Shown: positions 20,012-29,649 of the stretch, piece by piece
Layout of the letters: the number at the start of each line of letters is the position of its first letter
Position numbering within the stretch: position 1 is the stretch's first letter
Source of the DNA: Candidatus Atabeyarchaeum deiterrae
GTDB lineage: Archaea > Asgardarchaeota > Atabeyarchaeia > Atabeyarchaeales > Atabeyarchaeaceae
Assembly: GCA_037310415.1 (NCBI GenBank)
Contig: CP147780.1
Location: 1,440,001-1,504,000 of the forward strand
Length of the DNA: 64,000 nt
Direction of reading: 5' to 3'
Made by a program: the position numbers and the translations under genes
The notes under the pieces: generated by a model
What the model was told of the DNA's origin: nothing
The model's database searches: none
The model's input: the letters and a program-made list of their open reading frames with translations, nothing else

Positions 20012-22354
20012 ATGCATAGCAAAGCAACCAAGATCACACCACTACTTCTTATTCTACTTGTGTCGTTCAGTGCACTTGTTAACTCTTCGATCTCTTTGAC
20101 AAATGGCTCTGGGTCAAATATGACAGGAATTACTGCAAGCCATGGTCCCAGCTCGACAGCATGGATATCAAACGGCAGCAGCTACGCAATCTACAATGGG
20201 CACTGGTTCAATGAACGCTATAGATCATATCCGTACAGTAGCAACAGAACCGACATCATAATGACTGCACACATGAATGTCGACAACCATACCGTAGGAT
20301 ATTCAAATCTCACCATACAAGCATATGAATTCTTCACAAATACTATAGTTCCTGATGTCTCAGGATTCTGGCATCAAATTGACGTCGTATCCGGAGAAGT
20401 CAGCGACACCAACGGTCATCAGCCAGGTCTCAACGGTAACCAATCTTTCTTGTTCGTCCCCTTGGCAGGCACGTACAGCGTTAGTGACAAAGTCCTTATT
20501 TCTAGCCCATTCGGCAGCGCTTCCGTTAACTTCACGGTGATGAGCACAACAGAGACAGTCCTCGGCATATCAACAATAAAACTTGCATACTACTCAAGCC
20601 CAACGCCAGATCAGGAAACAAATGTCACCCTGTGGATTTCCCACGATTCCGGCCTTCTTATGCGAATAATAGGTCGCCAATGGCAGCAATTTGCCTACTG
20701 GAATGCTGGCATCTGGGTGACAGAGCGATATTCAATGGACATGAGCATGGAGATCGGTGAAACAAACATCGAATCGCTTGTATTCCCGACGCCACCAGCA
20801 AATGCAGTTCCATGGATAAGTGCAGGGAAATACATCCAATACAACCTTGAAGGATCAGGATCGATCAGCGCTGGTTTGACAGACAGAATTCATGGAATTT
20901 CTCTGATTCCAGGATTCACAACGTTCAGGTCTTTAGTTTCCGCTAACATAACAATGAAGATTGAAAGGGGAACAACCGCATACGTTGACCCGTGGTACAG
21001 TACAAGATACATCTGGGTTGTCCACCTAATGTTGAACAATACTCAAATCCTACTACCTGACTTCCGCGACACGATCGACCTCCTCAACGCAACCTTTGGA
21101 ATGCCCAAGGAGATTGGAGACCAAGCTCTAGCAATGCTGTCACCCTTCAACCACACTGGGCTCGTAGCTCAGGCATGGCTACTAGTCGACCAAGAAACTG
21201 GTATAATGCTAATGCCAGGTATGCACATCGGTGCACTTGAGATGTACAGCCCCGGTTCAGAGGCAATGCTGGGCGACTGGCTCGCACAAGGTTATGGGCT
21301 GCAAGTCCTTTCATGGTTTGCCCAAGGCATGCTACATGAAGGCTGGAGTATTGCCCCACCAGGCAATCCTATGACAGTGGATCTCACAGAAGGAGCCTAC
21401 TCTTTCTATTTGAGCCAAAGCAGACACATATCCCTTGACGCATCAATAGCATGCACCGGAACCGAATACTTGACGTTCCCTGGAGGCGGTGGCGGTGACT
21501 GCTGGCGACTCGACTCGAACCTAGACTTCAACATGATTGCGCACGCAACATTCAACAGGACCATGGTTACGGGTTTCAATCCAATGTACATAGCATTCAA
21601 TAGTACTACTACAATGGTAAGCCGCGGCTACATTGACATTGAGAGAACCTCCGGGTTCCCACTTGCATTCGGCCAACAGTTCACATTGACTTTCGACAGT
21701 GAAACAAATCTGTCACCAGACTGGTGGATTGGTACGCACGTTGGTATAGGTCTTCAGTTGAAGGCATATATTCCTCAGACGAACATATGGTTCAGCAACC
21801 CGCCAGTTCTTCTGAGCCTCGGGACAGACAACACATCCAGAACACCATCTGACTACTTCCACAAATACGGCTTCGATGTATGGGCCGACGGCGCCGGTAA
21901 TGTCAGTGTCACTAGCTCAGCGTCCCAGCCACCCGGCACGGATGCGCCACCAGCCAGCAAATTACCACTAGTATACCTTGGTGTCGAGGGAACCAAAATA
22001 CCCGGTTACAGCCAGGTCATGCTTCACGTATTCTACAACAGAACAAGGTGCACACAACTTGGCATAGACGAGGACAGCCTGAAACTCTATGTCTGGAACG
22101 GCACACTGAATAACTGGCAACCGCTCGCTAGCACACACATCGCGTTGAACAGTACACACGGAGTCATACTTGCAGTTCTACCTCACTTCAGTTACTTCGC
22201 AGTCTTTGGGGCGCAAGCCCAAGGTGCAGGACTACCAGGAATCTCTTCATTATACATAATCATAGCAGCTGTAGCAGTGATAGGGATCTTAGCAGCAGTG
22301 GTGTATGTAAGAAGGAAGAAAGGCGTCTCAAAAGCCGCCTTGAAAATCCAATAA
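20012..22354 (+). CDS. Secreted membrane-anchored surface protein
   Basis: Signal peptide; pre-anchor domain EDSLKLYVWNG...WQPL...HFSYFAVFG; C-terminal TM then RRKK. Confidence 0.8.
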   Translation: MHSKATKITPLLLILLVSFSALVNSSISLTNGSGSNMTGITASHGPSSTAWISNGSSYAIYNGHWFNERYRSYPYSSNRTDIIMTAHMNVDNHTVGYSNLTIQAYEFFTNTIVPDVSGFWHQIDVVSGEVSDTNGHQPGLNGNQSFLFVPLAGTYSVSDKVLISSPFGSASVNFTVMSTTETVLGISTIKLAYYSSPTPDQETNVTLWISHDSGLLMRIIGRQWQQFAYWNAGIWVTERYSMDMSMEIGETNIESLVFPTPPANAVPWISAGKYIQYNLEGSGSISAGLTDRIHGISLIPGFTTFRSLVSANITMKIERGTTAYVDPWYSTRYIWVVHLMLNNTQILLPDFRDTIDLLNATFGMPKEIGDQALAMLSPFNHTGLVAQAWLLVDQETGIMLMPGMHIGALEMYSPGSEAMLGDWLAQGYGLQVLSWFAQGMLHEGWSIAPPGNPMTVDLTEGAYSFYLSQSRHISLDASIACTGTEYLTFPGGGGGDCWRLDSNLDFNMIAHATFNRTMVTGFNPMYIAFNSTTTMVSRGYIDIERTSGFPLAFGQQFTLTFDSETNLSPDWWIGTHVGIGLQLKAYIPQTNIWFSNPPVLLSLGTDNTSRTPSDYFHKYGFDVWADGAGNVSVTSSASQPPGTDAPPASKLPLVYLGVEGTKIPGYSQVMLHVFYNRTRCTQLGIDEDSLKLYVWNGTLNNWQPLASTHIALNSTHGVILAVLPHFSYFAVFGAQAQGAGLPGISSLYIIIAAVAVIGILAAVVYVRRKKGVSKAALKIQ

Positions 22355-22390
22355 AGGTGGAACAAAGAGTTCCATCTCCTCATTTTTCCT
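22355..22390 (+). terminator. Hairpin plus pyrimidine tract terminator
   Basis: AGGTGGAAC-aaaga-GTTCCATCT followed by CCTCATTTTTCCT. Confidence 0.45.
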
Positions 22391-22582
22391 CCTGTAGTCC
22401 CAAATGAAAAGACATGAACTCATAACGTCTCTTCCTAGGCTTGGCAATCTGTGAACAATTACTGATGGTGCCCGATAATGTTGATCCTCAAGGACTCACC
22501 CACTGGTTCAATTGTTCCCTGATGCTACTTTTCCAGTCTTGTAAGACTTATTAGCAGAAGCCATCATTAACAAATAGGCACA

Positions 22583-23140
22583 ATGGAACATGCCGATTGG
22601 CGCAAGAGTGGCACTGTTCAGAAGATCTCTGATGGACAGGGAGCGCCAAGAAGATGTTCTCAAAAAAGAAGAAGTAGCTGGGATGTGACTTCTTTGGCAA
22701 TCACTATGGAAGGGCTACTCAAGGTGAGCATTGAGCCGACCGACTACATGAAGATGTTGGAAAACTCACTCAAATATGCAACTTGGAAATCAAACATGGA
22801 GCACTTCTCACCCAACAACAAGACTGTGGTCCGGTTCAAGATGATCAATAAGCAGTTCACCATAATTTGTTTCTCAGCACACTGGTGTAAAGACTGCGTT
22901 CACCACATCCCAGCATTAATGGCAACACTAGGCAAGGCTGCGAATGGTCGTCTGAGACTTGCCTTCATTGGTTATGACGAGAACAAGGAAACAGCTGAGA
23001 AAGCTGGAGTCAAAGCAATCCCCACAATTATTGTGTTCGATGATAAGGGAATGGAAATAGGGAGAATCACAGAACACCCCTCGAAAGGATTCAAGACAAT
23101 CGAAGACGAGGTCTTGGCTGTAATAGCACCGCACGAATGA
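22583..23140 (+). CDS. Thioredoxin-family protein
   Basis: WCKDC and cis-Pro IPTI; true start probably at about 22707-22724. Confidence 0.85.
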   Translation: MEHADWRKSGTVQKISDGQGAPRRCSQKRRSSWDVTSLAITMEGLLKVSIEPTDYMKMLENSLKYATWKSNMEHFSPNNKTVVRFKMINKQFTIICFSAHWCKDCVHHIPALMATLGKAANGRLRLAFIGYDENKETAEKAGVKAIPTIIVFDDKGMEIGRITEHPSKGFKTIEDEVLAVIAPHE

Positions 23141-23163
23141 GTAGCATCCGCGCGTCATGACAG

Positions 23164-24591
23164 ATGCTACATTCAGAGGGCAAAACCGTGTCAGATGCGT
23201 TGCAAGCTTCAATTGAAGAATGCAGAGGCTTTCTGGATGCGCTGCTGAAGGAAGGCGCCTACTACGCAGATGTGAAGCTATACGCAGAGCATGGTTCCCA
23301 GGTAGCTATGCGAGCGACTTCCTCCGACGTGCAAATCTTCAGCAAATCAGTTGGCGTGGCTAGAGTGATATATGGAAAAGCTTGGGGAATTCACGTAGTG
23401 GAAGACCCGTCGAAGACTTCAATAAAGGACGCATGTAAATATGCTCTAAAACTCGCAAGAGTCGCTGACTCTGCTTCAATCCTAGATACCCCAATAAAAC
23501 TTGCAGATGTTAAACAAGTCGAACGCAACGTTGCGCATGAGTTCAAAGTGAATCCATTGATAGTAGAGGTTGACGAGAAGATCGACTTAACAAAAGACCT
23601 GACGCAGAGAGCTAAAGATGTACTGAAAGATTCGTACGGGTGGTCTGAAGTGGTATATGGAGATGTTGAGAGCGACTTCTCACTAGTCAACAGTGATGGA
23701 TCACAGATCCGCGAAGTGACGCCGTCAGTTGACTTACTGGTGTACGTTGCAGCCAGATCTGGGGCGGTCTTTGAAAGCGCGAGCAAATACGTCGGCTACA
23801 CAAAAGGATACGAAGCTATAGAAGAGATCGATAGGAGCAGACTGGTGAAAGAGATTGCTGATCGTGCGTTAAGACTTGCTTCTGGAAAAATCCTACCAAA
23901 CACAATCCGCGGTCAGAAACCCGAAGTTGTGATGGACTCCGACTGTACAGGAGCATTCATTCACGAAGTTGTGGGCCACCCAGCCGAAGCTGACTTCCTC
24001 CTAGAAGCTGGTTCAGTATTTGAGAACAAGTTGGCGAAACAAGTTGCTGTTAAGGAACTAACTGTCTGCGACGATGCCACGCTGCCAGGTGCCTATGGCG
24101 CGTACGCGTTTGATGACGAAGCTGTCGAAGCCAGGAAAATCTGTTTAGTCGAAAACGGAGTGCTGAAGTCCCTGCTGCACACTCGAGAGACTGCCCTAGA
24201 GCTGAATGCAGAACCTACTGGAAGCGCCCATGGACTCACTCACGTACCCCGCTGCCTCATGAGCAACATCTACTTGGAGCCACGCGACTGGAAGTCCGAG
24301 GAGCTGATCAAAGAAACAAAGAATGGCATATTCATACAAGGAGTTGTCAGGGCACAGAGCACACCAGCCGAAGGATTATTCATGATTCAACCTGAATCAG
24401 CGACGATTATCCACAACGGGGAACTACGAGAAACATTCAGAGGCGTAACAATAACAGGCAAAATCGAGGAGACTCTCACAGCCATAGACGGGATCGGAAA
24501 CAAACCCGCTATGCGGGCGACAGTTGAAAAGGAGTTCAACATATCCGACGGGGGTCCACCAATAAGAGTATCATCCCTAAGAGTACATTAA
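23164..24591 (+). CDS. tldD: TldD/PmbA-family metalloprotease (TldD-like)
   Basis: FIHEVVGHPAEAD, FDDE and PRCLMSN motifs. Confidence 0.88.
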   Translation: MLHSEGKTVSDALQASIEECRGFLDALLKEGAYYADVKLYAEHGSQVAMRATSSDVQIFSKSVGVARVIYGKAWGIHVVEDPSKTSIKDACKYALKLARVADSASILDTPIKLADVKQVERNVAHEFKVNPLIVEVDEKIDLTKDLTQRAKDVLKDSYGWSEVVYGDVESDFSLVNSDGSQIREVTPSVDLLVYVAARSGAVFESASKYVGYTKGYEAIEEIDRSRLVKEIADRALRLASGKILPNTIRGQKPEVVMDSDCTGAFIHEVVGHPAEADFLLEAGSVFENKLAKQVAVKELTVCDDATLPGAYGAYAFDDEAVEARKICLVENGVLKSLLHTRETALELNAEPTGSAHGLTHVPRCLMSNIYLEPRDWKSEELIKETKNGIFIQGVVRAQSTPAEGLFMIQPESATIIHNGELRETFRGVTITGKIEETLTAIDGIGNKPAMRATVEKEFNISDGGPPIRVSSLRVH

Positions 24592-24682
24592 CCCTAATCA
24601 TGAGTCTATTCTCAACAACGACGATTACGTAAGAGAATCCTGCTCTAGCCTGAGACATGGCACTTCGACTTTTGGATACTCT

Positions 24683-25435
24683 CTACTCGACCAAGAACTT
24701 GCCTTCTTGGATAGCGTAATTGAATTCCCTGGTGGAGAATTTTCTTCCAACCATCTTTTTGATCTGGAGCACTGAACGCCAGTCCCTGTAGTACCGCTCT
24801 TTTCTCAACTCGATTACACCGTCGACTATGTGTTCGAGGCCGGCAACAAATTGGCGAGAATGTGCCTTCTTATGGAGTGTAAGAAGAACAATCCCCCCGA
24901 ACTTCTTCTGCGCAATAACTTGGCTGCGAACAAATGCAAACGCACCCTTCTCATCGGCAGAACTGAGAATGATCGTCGAGAAGCTATCAACTACTCCCCG
25001 AAACTTGTTAGGCGATTCTATCCGCTCTGCGTAGTCCTTGACGCTGCTCCCTATCTCCTTCAAATCGGAAATATCAAGGATCGCGGACAACGATTTTTCC
25101 GATCCAGGCTCATCCACCCCAAACGCATTCATGAAGGTTAGCTTCCCACCATTCTCAAATCCGGTAACATCAATTCCCTGGGAAGACAGCAAGGTTCTGA
25201 TGGTTGACGAAGGAAAATCAGTGTTAAGGAAGAACACATTTTCACTACCCAACAACCCACCTGCAACGAATTGAGAAACCATCACGTCTGAACTCAACCC
25301 GGTATCCTCTTCCAGTATTAGGACATAACCCCGAGGGACACCACCCTCCATCGCTTCATCAAGAACAGCCAAACCAAACTCTGCGCTCAATTTGGGAAGC
25401 CTCCTTGCCACCCTATACTTCACATAATCACTCAT
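24683..25435 (-). CDS. KaiC/RAD55-like RecA-superfamily domain protein with degenerate Walker A
   Basis: LDEAMEGGVPRG, VVDSFS, LEHIVDGVIEL and LQIKKM; the P-loop reads EEDTGLSSD. Confidence 0.85.
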   Translation of the reverse strand: MSDYVKYRVARRLPKLSAEFGLAVLDEAMEGGVPRGYVLILEEDTGLSSDVMVSQFVAGGLLGSENVFFLNTDFPSSTIRTLLSSQGIDVTGFENGGKLTFMNAFGVDEPGSEKSLSAILDISDLKEIGSSVKDYAERIESPNKFRGVVDSFSTIILSSADEKGAFAFVRSQVIAQKKFGGIVLLTLHKKAHSRQFVAGLEHIVDGVIELRKERYYRDWRSVLQIKKMVGRKFSTREFNYAIQEGKFLVE

Positions 25436-25685
25436 GAGATTCTACTGAATCAAATATAGACTGCGAACACTACTTCCCCGACTTGGCGACTTTCCCCTAG
25501 GAACCGAAAGGGATTCACCAGCGTACTACGTAATATGGGTTGTCCAGTTATTTATTCCCTATGTTCTCAAGCCTATTCAATTTATCGACCAAAACACACT
25601 TAATCCAAGTCCAACTTAGAGAAAGAAGCAAGCACATGGAACATCCACGCAGGCTAGACTGACTGTCTCGGAAGAGTGAATCACT

Positions 25686-26072
25686 TTGAACTGCGATCGT
25701 TGTGGCAAATGCTGCGTGAAAACCTCAATGCAGCTGTCAGTTCAAGACATCAAGCGGCTTGAGAGACTCGGCTACAATAGAAAAGAGTTCACTATTATGA
25801 AAAAGGGATTCCGTTCCCTCAGAAATCTGAACGACGTTTGCTTTTTCTTCGACCCGGAATCCAAACACTGCAAGGTATACGCCAATAGACCTGAAGGGTG
25901 CAGATTTTACCCAATAGTTTACTCCCTCAGTGACAAGAAACCTATCATTGACAACGAGGTCTGCCGCAATACTTCTACGATCACGATAAGTGAGTTGGAA
26001 AGAGCAAGTCCAGATCTAACCAGACTGATAAAAAGGATCATTGAGGAATCTCGAAGAAGGGACGAGAAGTAG
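25686..26072 (+). CDS. YkgJ-family cysteine cluster protein
   Basis: CDRCGKCC...CFFFD...CKVYANRPEGCRFYP. Confidence 0.9.
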   Translation: MNCDRCGKCCVKTSMQLSVQDIKRLERLGYNRKEFTIMKKGFRSLRNLNDVCFFFDPESKHCKVYANRPEGCRFYPIVYSLSDKKPIIDNEVCRNTSTITISELERASPDLTRLIKRIIEESRRRDEK

Positions 26073-26562
26073 GAGATTGTCTGTCGTCGGGGTGAGTATC
26101 TTGTCACTTGAAACTAAAGCTGCCAAACATCTATTGGAAGGATACAATTGCGCTGAATCAGTCTTGCTCACGTTTCTCGAAGATTGGAGCCAATACTTCA
26201 GAATCGGCGTGACGCCTGCTGCCGCCACAGCATTCGGAGGCGGAATGGGCAGAATGGGACACACGTGTGGTGCTCTATCTGGCGCCCTTATGGTAATCGG
26301 ACTTGCCGTATCAAGAACAGAAGCAAAAGACGATGAAGGAAAAAAAGAAGCATATAAACTTGCTCAGGAACTCTTCAAGCGCTTTGAGCATAGATGGGGC
26401 GCGCTGGACTGCAGAGAGCTAACTCAATGCGACCTATCCACCGAGGAAGGATTCAGTAGATACAAAGAGCTGAAGATCCACGAAACGAAATGCAGTGAGA
26501 TAGTGAGAGGAACCACGAAAATCTTGACTAGCATTATCAAGCAGACCAAGAAGGATCCCTGA
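26041..26562 (+). CDS. C_GCAxxG_C_C family putative redox protein
   Basis: YNCAESV, FGGGMG, TCGALSGA, CREL and C-terminal Cys; start probably about 26101. Confidence 0.9.
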   Translation: MRNLEEGTRSRRLSVVGVSILSLETKAAKHLLEGYNCAESVLLTFLEDWSQYFRIGVTPAAATAFGGGMGRMGHTCGALSGALMVIGLAVSRTEAKDDEGKKEAYKLAQELFKRFEHRWGALDCRELTQCDLSTEEGFSRYKELKIHETKCSEIVRGTTKILTSIIKQTKKDP

Positions 26563-26603
26563 CATGACTTCTTTTGAGCCCTCAGTTGACACGGTCACGG
26601 TTC

Positions 26604-27893
26604 TTAATGTATTGTCATTTTCCAACCCTCGGGAATGCGACGACCAAACGTGATTTCCTCTGCACCAAGGAAAGTTCCCAAGTCTCGAATCGCACCAGCT
26701 ACAGCTTCGCCTGTCTCCGCTGTCATTGGTGCATCTCGTTCCGCATAAATGGCATTGACTGACAACCGCTTTCGTTCCCGATCCATTCTAGGATCGATAC
26801 GACCGATCAACTGATCACCATGCACAATCGGCATGACATAGCAACCATATCTTCGTTTGGCCTTTGGCAGATAGATTTCCAAGCTGAACTCGAAGTTGAA
26901 AACACGTTCCGTTCTCCTTCGCTCATAAATTAAATTGTCGAAAGGAGAGAGTAACGTAGTTCTTGGTCCCCAATTGCCAGAGGACAACTTGTCAACTAGG
27001 GGCAAATCATTCTTGTGCACATACCATTCGCCGAGCCAGATCCTGCCAGAGTCAGAGTCACGGATCTGAACTCGCTCAATAAGACCCTCCAACTCGAGTT
27101 CAAGCAGTATCTTGGGCAAGCCAGGGTAACAATGCCGAATGTAGTATCCTTCGATATCCTTAGCTGTAGCCACACCGAGCGCACGCAAGGATCTCTGCGC
27201 CGCGCGATACACCATATCATGCCAGGATAGGCGATCGCGTGGTGTCGACTCTGGCAGCCATCGTTCCGCCAGATCCCACATTTTCCTTCTGCCTGAACGT
27301 CCTGCAACTACGACCTTACCTTGAGCAGAAAGAAAAGTAAGCATCATGTCGACATTTCTACCAGATGTCCACCCAGAAGAGCGCCAAGGCTTGACAGACA
27401 CGTCATCAAAATCCTCCAAAGCCAAAGGACCTCTGCGGCGCAACTCTCCGAGAACATGCCTATGCAACGCATTGTTTGCCTTTATCCACCCACGTACACG
27501 ACGAGCCCAAGCCGAATCACCTTTCCCATAGTTCCGCTTCATTGTGCTGAAAACCGGGTAGTCTTCAGTGAGAACGATCGAGGTAGCGTGTGCCCAGTCT
27601 TCGAAAAGTGCATGCTCCTTCCAGAGAAGGCTGTCCAGGAGAGAAATGTCATAGTTGCCTACACGACTCCATAATACAAGAAGGTGGCTAGGTGCAACGA
27701 CGCTCATTGGATCAATCTGCAAACATCCGATGTTCTTAATAACGTCAATAATGCCGTTCGCATCAGCTGATGGACGAGGATCAGCCAATCTCTGGCAGGT
27801 GATTGCTAGACGCCGAGCCAATGATGGTGTGAGTTCATATGCCGAAGCCATGCGAAACATTGAACTCTCAATGCATATAAAGTTCGTATCCAT
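26604..27893 (-). CDS. ycaQ: YcaQ/AlkZ-like winged-helix DNA crosslink-repair glycosylase
   Basis: LQIDP, LWSR, LLSPFDNLI and EIYLPKAKRRYGCY motifs. Confidence 0.88.
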   Translation of the reverse strand: MDTNFICIESSMFRMASAYELTPSLARRLAITCQRLADPRPSADANGIIDVIKNIGCLQIDPMSVVAPSHLLVLWSRVGNYDISLLDSLLWKEHALFEDWAHATSIVLTEDYPVFSTMKRNYGKGDSAWARRVRGWIKANNALHRHVLGELRRRGPLALEDFDDVSVKPWRSSGWTSGRNVDMMLTFLSAQGKVVVAGRSGRRKMWDLAERWLPESTPRDRLSWHDMVYRAAQRSLRALGVATAKDIEGYYIRHCYPGLPKILLELELEGLIERVQIRDSDSGRIWLGEWYVHKNDLPLVDKLSSGNWGPRTTLLSPFDNLIYERRRTERVFNFEFSLEIYLPKAKRRYGCYVMPIVHGDQLIGRIDPRMDRERKRLSVNAIYAERDAPMTAETGEAVAGAIRDLGTFLGAEEITFGRRIPEGWKMTIH

Positions 27894-29582
27894 TTAGGCG
27901 CGTGCAATCACAAAGTGCTGCCTCTTCACAGGCATTTTCTCACGTCTGACTTCTTTGATTGCAGCCACGAGGACCGGCAGAACGACTCCTGCAATCAAGA
28001 GCATAATAAGAGAGAGAACTAGGTACGCAAGAGCAAGATCAGTTGATCCCTGAGGACCTGGACTAGGAGGACTGGGTGTTGTCCATCTAACTTCTATCGT
28101 GACTGACTGGTTGCTGTGCACAACGCGTGCTGTCAACATCTTGGTACCGTTGTCATAGCCCCAACTGGACATCCCGCTAGTGGTATTTGGAGCTCCTCTG
28201 TTGGCGCAGTAGACCTGAATCGTGCTAGTAGTTCCGTTAGGAGCCTTGACTACGATCGACAGATAGGTGTCGTTGAGAAATGGAGCATGAGTAATGCTTG
28301 CATTCCATGTTTGTAGATGCATGCCGTTCGGAAAACTCCAGTTCCTGAGCCCGTGATCTAGCCATATGTCATCGAAAGTCTGACCATTCAGATCCTTAGC
28401 TTCGAGGTACAATGTGTCGTTGGCGAAAAGCGTTGCCAACACGAAGTGATAGGTCTTGCTACCGTAAGCGCTGTACGGTTGGCTATAGTAGTCATGCAGG
28501 GGGGCTCCCCATCCTCCAGATGTAAGGTAGAGCGTCCCGTTCTTGTAGGAGGACACGACAGAGTTGTTGCTCATCGGTTTGGTTCGATGATAGTAGTGTG
28601 AATGCCCCTGAACAACAACATCCACATGGTACTTGCTGAAAATCGGCACCCAATACTGTTGTAGGTCTGTTGCATTCGAGTGTCCACCTGCGTAATAGAC
28701 GTTGCGATGAAACATTACGATTTTCCACATCGAGCTTGGAGTCGAAGAAAGCACACTTTCAACCCAATTAGCCTGATCGACTGCAATTTGAGATGGAGAG
28801 GCTTCGCTATTCATTACTATGATTCGCAGTTTCGAACCATAATCATAGTAATACCATTGTTCGTTCCCGGGCAAGGGAAACTGCTCATAGTAATTCGTTG
28901 AGTTCACTTCGTGGTTACCAAGGCATGGGATAACTGGAATCGTGAGTCCGTTTTGGTCTACCCAATTCGTCTGAACATCGGAAAACCAGACGTCCCATTG
29001 TGTCTGATTTGTGCCGTCATCGACCATGTCCCCGCAATGCAGCGCGAAAGAGGGGTTGAAGTGATTCATCGCCTGCGAAACCTGAGTGCGGACAGCTACG
29101 TTGGCTCTAGAATCCCCTCCAATTACGAATCTCAGAGTAGTGGCATAAGAGGATGATGTCCCAAAAGAACGTTCAGTGCTGTAGTTACCTGGTCCTCCAC
29201 AGATGAAGAAGTACACCGTGCTGGAAGTAAGACCCATGAGTTCAACGTCATGTATGTAGCCGGAAGCGCCTGCATAAGTATGGTGGATCCCTGTAGAATT
29301 GAACTCGTACAAAGATGGGATTCCTCCCCGTGCGACAATGTCGTAAAGGACAAGGTCGCCCGAGGAGGGAAATGTTGTCTGCCAAGTCACGGTTATCGTA
29401 GAAGTAGGATCTCCTGGATAGGTTAAGTGAATGCTTAATGGATCATCAGTGCCGGGGCCAAGAAGATGAGTCGTGACCTGTGTAATCGGGATATTGGAAG
29501 GGTGAAACGAGATGGAGACGAAAGAAATAACGGCAAGCAATGCAAGTGCAGCTATTCGACATTTCATCACCTGTAGCCTCAC
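27894..29582 (-). CDS. Secreted, membrane-anchored purple-acid-phosphatase-like metallophosphoesterase with FN3 domain
   Basis: Signal peptide, IHLT...TVTW, GDSR, GDMV, GNHE, GHSHYY and C-terminal TM. Confidence 0.9.
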   Translation of the reverse strand: MRLQVMKCRIAALALLAVISFVSISFHPSNIPITQVTTHLLGPGTDDPLSIHLTYPGDPTSTITVTWQTTFPSSGDLVLYDIVARGGIPSLYEFNSTGIHHTYAGASGYIHDVELMGLTSSTVYFFICGGPGNYSTERSFGTSSSYATTLRFVIGGDSRANVAVRTQVSQAMNHFNPSFALHCGDMVDDGTNQTQWDVWFSDVQTNWVDQNGLTIPVIPCLGNHEVNSTNYYEQFPLPGNEQWYYYDYGSKLRIIVMNSEASPSQIAVDQANWVESVLSSTPSSMWKIVMFHRNVYYAGGHSNATDLQQYWVPIFSKYHVDVVVQGHSHYYHRTKPMSNNSVVSSYKNGTLYLTSGGWGAPLHDYYSQPYSAYGSKTYHFVLATLFANDTLYLEAKDLNGQTFDDIWLDHGLRNWSFPNGMHLQTWNASITHAPFLNDTYLSIVVKAPNGTTSTIQVYCANRGAPNTTSGMSSWGYDNGTKMLTARVVHSNQSVTIEVRWTTPSPPSPGPQGSTDLALAYLVLSLIMLLIAGVVLPVLVAAIKEVRREKMPVKRQHFVIARA

Positions 29583-29649
29583 CTAGAGATATGTTCTGAA
29601 AAAAGTCCCAACTACACCCTTTCACATAGGAAATCTCTAACCCCGCTGA

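Noticed and set aside
18543-22378. Shared 12-mer GAGTTCCATCTC at about 18543 and 22367 as a TnpB self-target
   Set aside because: It lies beyond the about 20-nt guide, has no adjacent TAM, and a match this short is expected by chance in 64 kb.
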